Source: a virus | Virus record (IMG/VR): IMGVR_UViG_3300042892_004016 | Location: 1 to 64,000 of that record | Length of the DNA: 64,000 bases | Direction: 5' to 3' (one strand) | Shown here: positions 58,419 through 64,000 of the stretch, in pieces | Layout: each line of letters starts with the position of its first letter | Position numbering within the stretch: the first letter of the stretch is position 1 | Translations under genes and position numbers: made by a program | Notes under the pieces: model-generated | The model's input: only the letters and a program-made list of their open reading frames with translations | Database searches by the model: none | Told to the model about the DNA's origin: nothing

Positions 58419-60191
58419 ATGTCATATAAAAAGCGTTTTTCTGGATCAAATACCACCGGTCAACTGAGTCCCATATCGGGAATAAACAGTAATACCAGTA
58501 ACTGGAACAGTACTGGCAAGAGCACTGGTTACAATAATCAAGAATTTGGTTACAAAAACTACATGAACAGGCTGCCCGAAGTGTACACTGGGCACCCAAA
58601 TCGCATTGAGCGTTACAATCAGTACGAAATGATGGACGTGGATGCTGAAGTAAACGCCTGTCTAGACATCATTGCTGAGTTCAGTACACAGAAAAATGAA
58701 CACAACGGCACACCATTTAACATTGATTTCAGAGAAGATCCAACTGAACATGAAGTCGATATAGTCAAAAAACAACTACAGCAATGGTGTAAACTGAACG
58801 AATTTGATACCAGAGCATTCAAAGTTTTCAGAAACTCCATCAAGTACGGTGATCAAGTATTCATTCGTGACCCAGAAAACTTCAAGTTATACTGGGTGGA
58901 CATGACCAAGGTAACCAAGGTCATTGTCAACGAAAGCGAAGGCAAGAAGCCGGAGCAGTATGTAGTCAAGGATATAAATCCAAATCTAGAAAATCTATCA
59001 GTGGCACAGAAAGTGTCAACTGATTTTGCCGCCAATCCCAGTACTGGTTTTGGTGGTACTGGTGGTGGCGGAGCAGCACAGGGATATACGGTGCCATCTA
59101 TGCCCGGCGGAACCACAGGCAGCAGATTTAGTTTGGGACAGAATGAAGCAGCAATTGATGCCAAACATATTGTGCATCTTAGCTTGACTGAGGGCTTGGA
59201 TCGTTACTGGCCATTTGGTCAGAGTATCTTAGAGAACATCTTTAAAGTATACAAGCAAAAAGAATTATTAGAAGATGCGATTTTGATCTATCGTATCAGT
59301 CGTGCCCCAGAGCGCAGAATGTTCAAGATTGATGTGGGTAACATGCCCAGTCACATGGCCATGGCGTTTGTGGACAGAGTTAAGAACGAGATTCATCAGC
59401 GCAGAATACCCAGCGCTGCAGGTGGTCAAAGTGGCATGGATGCCACTTACAACCCATTGAGCATGAACGAAGACTACTTCTTTCCCATGACAGCAGACGG
59501 TCGTGGTAGCACAGTTGAGATGCTGCAAGGCGGTCAAAATCTGGGTGAAATTGACGACTTAAAGTATTTTAACAACAGATTAGCACGTGGGTTACGTGTG
59601 CCCAGCAGCTACTTGCCAACTGGTCCAGACGATGGACAGTCACCATTGAACGATGGTAGAGTTGGTACTGCAATGATTCAGGAATTCAGATTCAACGAAT
59701 ATTGCAAAAGACTACAGAACTACATCAGTCAGAAGTTTGATGAAGAATTCAAACTGTTTCTAAGATGGCGTGGATTCAACATTGATTCAGGTTTGTTTGA
59801 CATCAAGTTCAACGAACCACAGAACTTTGCTGCGTATCGTCAAAGCGAACTGGACAAGGACCGAGTGGCAACATTTGGTGCCATGGAAGGCTTTCCCTAT
59901 ATATCCAAACGTTTTGCTCTCAAGCGTTTCTTGGGATTGAGCGAAGAAGAAATAAAAGAAAACGAACAAATGTGGCGTGAAGAACGTGAGAAGCCTGAGG
60001 ATACTGAACCCAAGGGCAGCGATCTTAGAAATATTGGTATCAGCGCAGGTGACATGGAATCTGATATGGAAGAAATAGCTGGCATGGAAGCACCACCAGA
60101 AGAAACGGAACCAGGTGCAGTGGCTCCACAAGTACCGGGTCCTGAAGCACTGGGTGGTTTACCTGCAGCTCCAACTCCTACTGGAATGTAA
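58419..60191 (+). CDS. Portal vertex protein, T4 gp20-like
   Basis: LLEDAILIYRISRAPERR.F.IDVGNMP, EDYFFP, GGQNLGEIDD..YF and L.VPSSYL motifs. Confidence 0.95.
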   Translation: MSYKKRFSGSNTTGQLSPISGINSNTSNWNSTGKSTGYNNQEFGYKNYMNRLPEVYTGHPNRIERYNQYEMMDVDAEVNACLDIIAEFSTQKNEHNGTPFNIDFREDPTEHEVDIVKKQLQQWCKLNEFDTRAFKVFRNSIKYGDQVFIRDPENFKLYWVDMTKVTKVIVNESEGKKPEQYVVKDINPNLENLSVAQKVSTDFAANPSTGFGGTGGGGAAQGYTVPSMPGGTTGSRFSLGQNEAAIDAKHIVHLSLTEGLDRYWPFGQSILENIFKVYKQKELLEDAILIYRISRAPERRMFKIDVGNMPSHMAMAFVDRVKNEIHQRRIPSAAGGQSGMDATYNPLSMNEDYFFPMTADGRGSTVEMLQGGQNLGEIDDLKYFNNRLARGLRVPSSYLPTGPDDGQSPLNDGRVGTAMIQEFRFNEYCKRLQNYISQKFDEEFKLFLRWRGFNIDSGLFDIKFNEPQNFAAYRQSELDKDRVATFGAMEGFPYISKRFALKRFLGLSEEEIKENEQMWREEREKPEDTEPKGSDLRNIGISAGDMESDMEEIAGMEAPPEETEPGAVAPQVPGPEALGGLPAAPTPTGM

Positions 60192-60222
60192 CTTGTGATA
60201 AATACATTATAGGAACCACCGG

Positions 60223-60444
60223 ATGAAACTTTTTGAAATGTTCGAGCCAGCAGTTAAGGGTTATCAAGATGAAGAAGATGACAATAGCAAGCCACGGTGG
60301 AAAGAAAGTCGCAAGACTAAACTTACCCTAAGACAAATAAACAAGTTGCGCAAGATGAATGATGTGCGCAGCTACGAAAAAGCACAGAGTTTAAAGAAAA
60401 TACGCAATCAATACAAACCAGTTGAACAAGCACCCGTAATGTAA
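60223..60444 (+). CDS. Small prohead-associated protein
   Basis: Between portal and core genes; MKLFE start; RKTKLTLRQINKLR motif; TAAATA at 60199-60204. Confidence 0.6.
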   Translation: MKLFEMFEPAVKGYQDEEDDNSKPRWKESRKTKLTLRQINKLRKMNDVRSYEKAQSLKKIRNQYKPVEQAPVM

Positions 60445-60474
60445 AAGTTCAGCTATTTCCCGCCAAAACGCAAA

Positions 60475-60499
60475 AAAACAGCACATATTGTGCTGTTTT
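60475..60499. terminator. Hairpin terminator
   Basis: AAAACAGCACA-TAT-TGTGCTGTTTT. Confidence 0.6.
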
Positions 60500-60553
60500 C
60501 TCAGCTATGCACTAAATAATTTCACGAAGCCATTTCTATAGGAGAACTTTACA

Positions 60554-61351
60554 ATGGATAACAAAAAATTTGAACAACTGATCGACTTGATCATCAATGA
60601 AAATGAAGACCAAGCTCGTGCTCTATTTCACGATATCGTCGTTGAAAAGTCAAGAGAAATTTATGAATCAATGATGTATGCTGATGAAGGCATGAATCCA
60701 GAAGGCGGTCAAATTGGTGACCTACTGGACGAAATTGACGTAGAACAAACCCAAGGCGTTACCGAAGAAGATGACGAATTTGATGACATCGAAATGGCCG
60801 GCGACGAAGACATGGGCGACGACATGGGCGACGAAGACATGGGCGACGAAGAAGAAGAATTAGAAGACCGCGTTGTTGATTTAGAAGACAAGCTGGACCA
60901 GTTAATGGCTGAGTTTGAAGAACTAATGGGCAGCGACGAAGAAGACATGGGCAGCGACGAAGACATGGGCGACGACATGGGCGATGAAGACATGGGCGAC
61001 GAAGAAATGATGGAAGCATCTGACGACGAAGACCAATTGGCTGAGTCAGTTCAACTGCAAAAAGTAGCCACTGCTAAAATGGGCGATGACGGTGCAAACT
61101 CCAAGAGTGTAGCATTGAGCAAGCCAAAGCTAGTACAGACTGGTGCTAAATCAGTTAACTTTAGTCAAGGTGACGAAAAGGGCCGCACAGCTCCAACAAC
61201 ACAAACAGTTAAAGGCGACTTTAAAAATGCAGTAGGCATCAAAGGTGCAAAAACAGAAACAGCACCAAAGCCGCACACAGCACAAGCAACTGGTGTCAAC
61301 ACCAAGAGTCCAATGGCTGAGTCAAAAAAGTCAACAAAAGTAAGTAAGTAA
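60554..61351 (+). CDS. Highly acidic prohead core/scaffold-associated protein
   Basis: Position between portal and protease; A..LFH.IVVEKSREIYE motif; Asp/Glu-rich DMGDE repeats; AGGAG RBS. Confidence 0.7.
   Translation: MDNKKFEQLIDLIINENEDQARALFHDIVVEKSREIYESMMYADEGMNPEGGQIGDLLDEIDVEQTQGVTEEDDEFDDIEMAGDEDMGDDMGDEDMGDEEEELEDRVVDLEDKLDQLMAEFEELMGSDEEDMGSDEDMGDDMGDEDMGDEEMMEASDDEDQLAESVQLQKVATAKMGDDGANSKSVALSKPKLVQTGAKSVNFSQGDEKGRTAPTTQTVKGDFKNAVGIKGAKTETAPKPHTAQATGVNTKSPMAESKKSTKVSK
60800..61010 (+). repeat. Coding tandem repeats (GACATGGGCGACGA/DMGD(D/E)) in two clusters
   Basis: Multiple 12-15 nt units visible at about 60800-60850 and 60925-61010. Confidence 0.7.
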
Positions 61352-61367
61352 GAAAGTCCGAGACCAA

Positions 61368-62018
61368 ATGGCTTTGTATCTCAAAGAACACTTAACATTC
61401 GACCGCGCTAACATGGTGGTCGAAAGCGTTAAGGAATCTGACGGCGAACTAAAGACCCTTTACATGAAGGGTATTTTCATTCAGGGCGGGGTTAAAAACG
61501 CAAATGAGCGCGTTTACCCTGTTTCTGAAATTGAAAGCGCAGTTGGAACGTTAAACGAACAAATCAAAGATGGTTACAGCGTGTTGGGTGAAGTTGATCA
61601 TCCAGACGATCTTAAAATCAATTTAGACCGCGTATCACACATGATTACAAATATGTGGATGGACGGTCCTAATGGTTTTGGAAAACTAAAAATTTTACCA
61701 ACTCCCATGGGTCATTTAGTACAGACCATGCTGGAGAGTGGTGTCAAACTAGGCGTAAGCAGCAGAGGTAGCGGAAACGTTAACGATGGTGATGGCCGTG
61801 TCAGTGACTTTGAAATAGTCACTGTGGATATTGTCGCACAACCTAGCGCACCTAACGCATATCCCAAAGCAATCTATGAAGGCATGATGAACTTGAAGCA
61901 TGGACATAGACTGTTGGACATTGCAAAAGATGCAAGTAGCGATAAAAAAGTACAGAGGTTCTTAAAAGACGAAGTAATTCGCCTTATTAATGATCTCAAG
62001 ATTAAAGGGAAAAAATAA
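61368..62018 (+). CDS. Prohead core protein protease, T4 gp21-like
   Basis: GIFIQ..VKNAN.RVYP, GEVDHP, VSH, LGVSSRGSG and D.VAQPSAPNAY motifs. Confidence 0.93.
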   Translation: MALYLKEHLTFDRANMVVESVKESDGELKTLYMKGIFIQGGVKNANERVYPVSEIESAVGTLNEQIKDGYSVLGEVDHPDDLKINLDRVSHMITNMWMDGPNGFGKLKILPTPMGHLVQTMLESGVKLGVSSRGSGNVNDGDGRVSDFEIVTVDIVAQPSAPNAYPKAIYEGMMNLKHGHRLLDIAKDASSDKKVQRFLKDEVIRLINDLKIKGKK

Positions 62019-63121
62019 TGACTTTAGAAATCATTAAACCATTACTTGAGAGTGGAATCATCAACGAAGAAACCAGCGTCGCCATAAACGAAGCTTGGGA
62101 ATCCAAGTTAAATGAAGCTCGTGAGCAAGTACGTGCAGAACTCAGAGAAGAATTTGCACAGCGTTATGAACATGACAAAGATGTAATGGTGGAAGCCCTA
62201 GACAAGATGGTCACTGCAAGTCTATCAACTGAAATTGAAGAATTTCAATCAGAAAGACAAGCGATGAATGAAGACCGTGTTAAAGCCCAACTAAAATTGC
62301 GCGAAAGTGCCAGCAAGTTCAATGAATTCATGGTAACAAAATTATCAGAAGAAATCAGAGAACTACGTGGTGATCGCAAAATGCAAAATGAAGGTCAACA
62401 AAAGCTTGAGCAATTTATTGTTCATGCTCTTGCCCGTGAAATTAAAGAATTTGCGGAAGACAAGCAAGCAGTAGTTGAAGCTAAGGTCAAATTAGTAGCA
62501 GAAGGTCGTAAGCAATTGGTAGCACTGAAACAGAAGTTTGTTACAGAAAGCGCCAAGCGTATGAATGATGTTGTTACTAGTCATCTTAAAGGGGAAATGA
62601 GTCAATTGAAAGAAGATATCAAAACTGCTCGTGAGAACAGCTTTGGTAGAAAAATCTTCGAAGCGTATGCAACCGAATTTAGCGTTACTCACTTAAATGA
62701 GAAAGCTGAAACTCGTACATTGCTGTCACAGTTAGAAGAAAAAGATCGTCAATTGGCAGAATCCATCAACTCAATCAATGAAACAAAACAATTGGTTGAG
62801 AGCAAAGAACGTGAAGTTCGTGTTATTAAAGAATCCAATCTACGTGAAAAGACCATGAGCGAACTGCTCGGAACTCTTAATCAAGAGAAAGGCACTTTAA
62901 TGCGCAACTTACTAGAAAGCGTCCAGACCCCGCGTCTTCAGACTGCTTTCGACAAGTATCTCCCAGCAGTTCTTAACAACGCCCCAGATAAAGCTGTTAG
63001 CACTAAGGTTTTAAATGAAAGCGTAAAAGAAGTAACCGGGAACAAAGCTGCAATCAAACAAAAAGTTGATGCTGACCAACGTGATAACGTTATCGATATC
63101 AAACGTTTGGCAGGGCTTTAA
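62018..63121 (+). CDS. Prohead scaffold protein, T4 gp22-like
   Basis: Coiled-coil and Glu-rich; FGRKIFEA motif; between protease and major capsid. Confidence 0.85.
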   Translation: MTLEIIKPLLESGIINEETSVAINEAWESKLNEAREQVRAELREEFAQRYEHDKDVMVEALDKMVTASLSTEIEEFQSERQAMNEDRVKAQLKLRESASKFNEFMVTKLSEEIRELRGDRKMQNEGQQKLEQFIVHALAREIKEFAEDKQAVVEAKVKLVAEGRKQLVALKQKFVTESAKRMNDVVTSHLKGEMSQLKEDIKTARENSFGRKIFEAYATEFSVTHLNEKAETRTLLSQLEEKDRQLAESINSINETKQLVESKEREVRVIKESNLREKTMSELLGTLNQEKGTLMRNLLESVQTPRLQTAFDKYLPAVLNNAPDKAVSTKVLNESVKEVTGNKAAIKQKVDADQRDNVIDIKRLAGL

Positions 63122-63152
63122 TTAATAGACATACGAATTAGGAGAAATATTT

Positions 63153-64000
63153 ATGTCACAAGTACTCTTAGAAGGCCGTTGGGACGAAACCAAAGAAGCT
63201 CTGTTAGAAGGCTTAAAAGGTAATCGTCGTTCAACAATGGGTGTTATTTTAGAAAATACCCGTAAAAATTTATTACGTGAATCAAGTGCTGGCACAACTA
63301 CTGCTGGTAACATCGCAACACTTAACCGTGTTATTCTGCCTGTTATCCGTCGTGTAATGCCAACAGTTATCGCTAACGAACTAGTCGGCGTTCAGCCAAT
63401 GACTGGTCCAGTTGGACAGATCCACACACTACGTGTACGTTACGCACAAAGCATGACTGACAGTTCAGCAGCAGCTACTTCTATCACCGCTGGTGAAGAA
63501 GCACTGAGCCCATTCAAGATTGCACAAGCATATTCACGTACACCACAAGGCGCATCATCCGCAACCGGTTATACTGGTAACGATACTGCTGCTCTTGAAG
63601 GCAATGGCGGTAAACAGATCAGCGTACAAATCCTACGTCAAGCTGTTGAAGCTAAGTCACGCAAGCTACAAGCTCGCTGGACATTTGAAGCTGCACAAGA
63701 CGCTCAATCACAACACGGTATTGACGTTGAAGCAGAAATCATGGCCGCACTAGCACAAGAAATTACTGCTGAAATCGACCAAGAGATCCTCTTGAGCCTA
63801 CGTACATTAGCTACAACTGAAGAAACCTTCAACCAAGCTACTGTTAGTGGTACAGCTACATACGTTGGTGACGAGCACGCTGCTTTAGCTGTTCTGATCA
63901 ATCGTGTTGCTAACAAAATCGCTCAACGCACTCGTCGTGGCGCAGGTAACTGGGCAGTTGTTAGCTCAGCAGCATTGACTGTTCTTCAGTCAGCAACAAC
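63153..64000 (+). CDS. Major capsid protein, T4 gp23-like (3'-truncated)
   Basis: Manual translation MSQVLLEGRWDETKEALLEG...VIRRVMPTVIANELVGVQPMTGPVGQIHTLRVRY...AKSRKLQARWTFEAAQD; AGGAG RBS. Confidence 0.95.
   Translation, partial: MSQVLLEGRWDETKEALLEGLKGNRRSTMGVILENTRKNLLRESSAGTTTAGNIATLNRVILPVIRRVMPTVIANELVGVQPMTGPVGQIHTLRVRYAQSMTDSSAAATSITAGEEALSPFKIAQAYSRTPQGASSATGYTGNDTAALEGNGGKQISVQILRQAVEAKSRKLQARWTFEAAQDAQSQHGIDVEAEIMAALAQEITAEIDQEILLSLRTLATTEETFNQATVSGTATYVGDEHAALAVLINRVANKIAQRTRRGAGNWAVVSSAALTVLQSAT

Noticed and set aside
1-64000. Alternative genetic code (stop-codon reassignment)
   Set aside because: Long conserved genes translate intact with the standard code, and TAA, TGA and TAG all occur as apparent stops; the two gene splits are frame changes, not in-frame stops.

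Overview
A 64-kb segment of a large T4-like myovirus (jumbo-phage type), probably infecting an aquatic proteobacterium; the PqqA and tmRNA tag sequences look betaproteobacterial, which is an inference. From about 8.4 kb to the end it is mostly virion morphogenesis: Ig-repeat fibres, a 4595-aa baseplate protein, gp6/gp25/gp5/gp27/gp53/gp48-like baseplate genes, a gp26/gp51-like chaperone pair, two tandem tape-measure-like genes, portal, prohead protease, scaffold and major capsid. The gp55 late sigma factor, gp47/gp46 recombination nuclease and a resolvase are embedded in this block. The first 8 kb is an accessory island and the most interesting part. It holds a complete-looking phosphorus-scavenging module: a Pho-box-preceded plcP-like phospholipase C, an agt-like GT4 glycosyltransferase, pstS, an OprO/P-type phosphate porin and an unannotated 24-aa PqqA precursor. 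Next to it is a circularly permuted (two-piece) tmRNA gene whose intervening segment looks tRNA-like. Other signals are a likely -1 programmed frameshift joining the gp26- and gp51-like ORFs, a hairpin-rich ~500-nt non-coding region, two apparently split giant virion genes, DUF4214-like modules in the fibre proteins, and many TAAATA late promoters lying very close to start codons. All family assignments come from motif recognition by eye; no searches were run.
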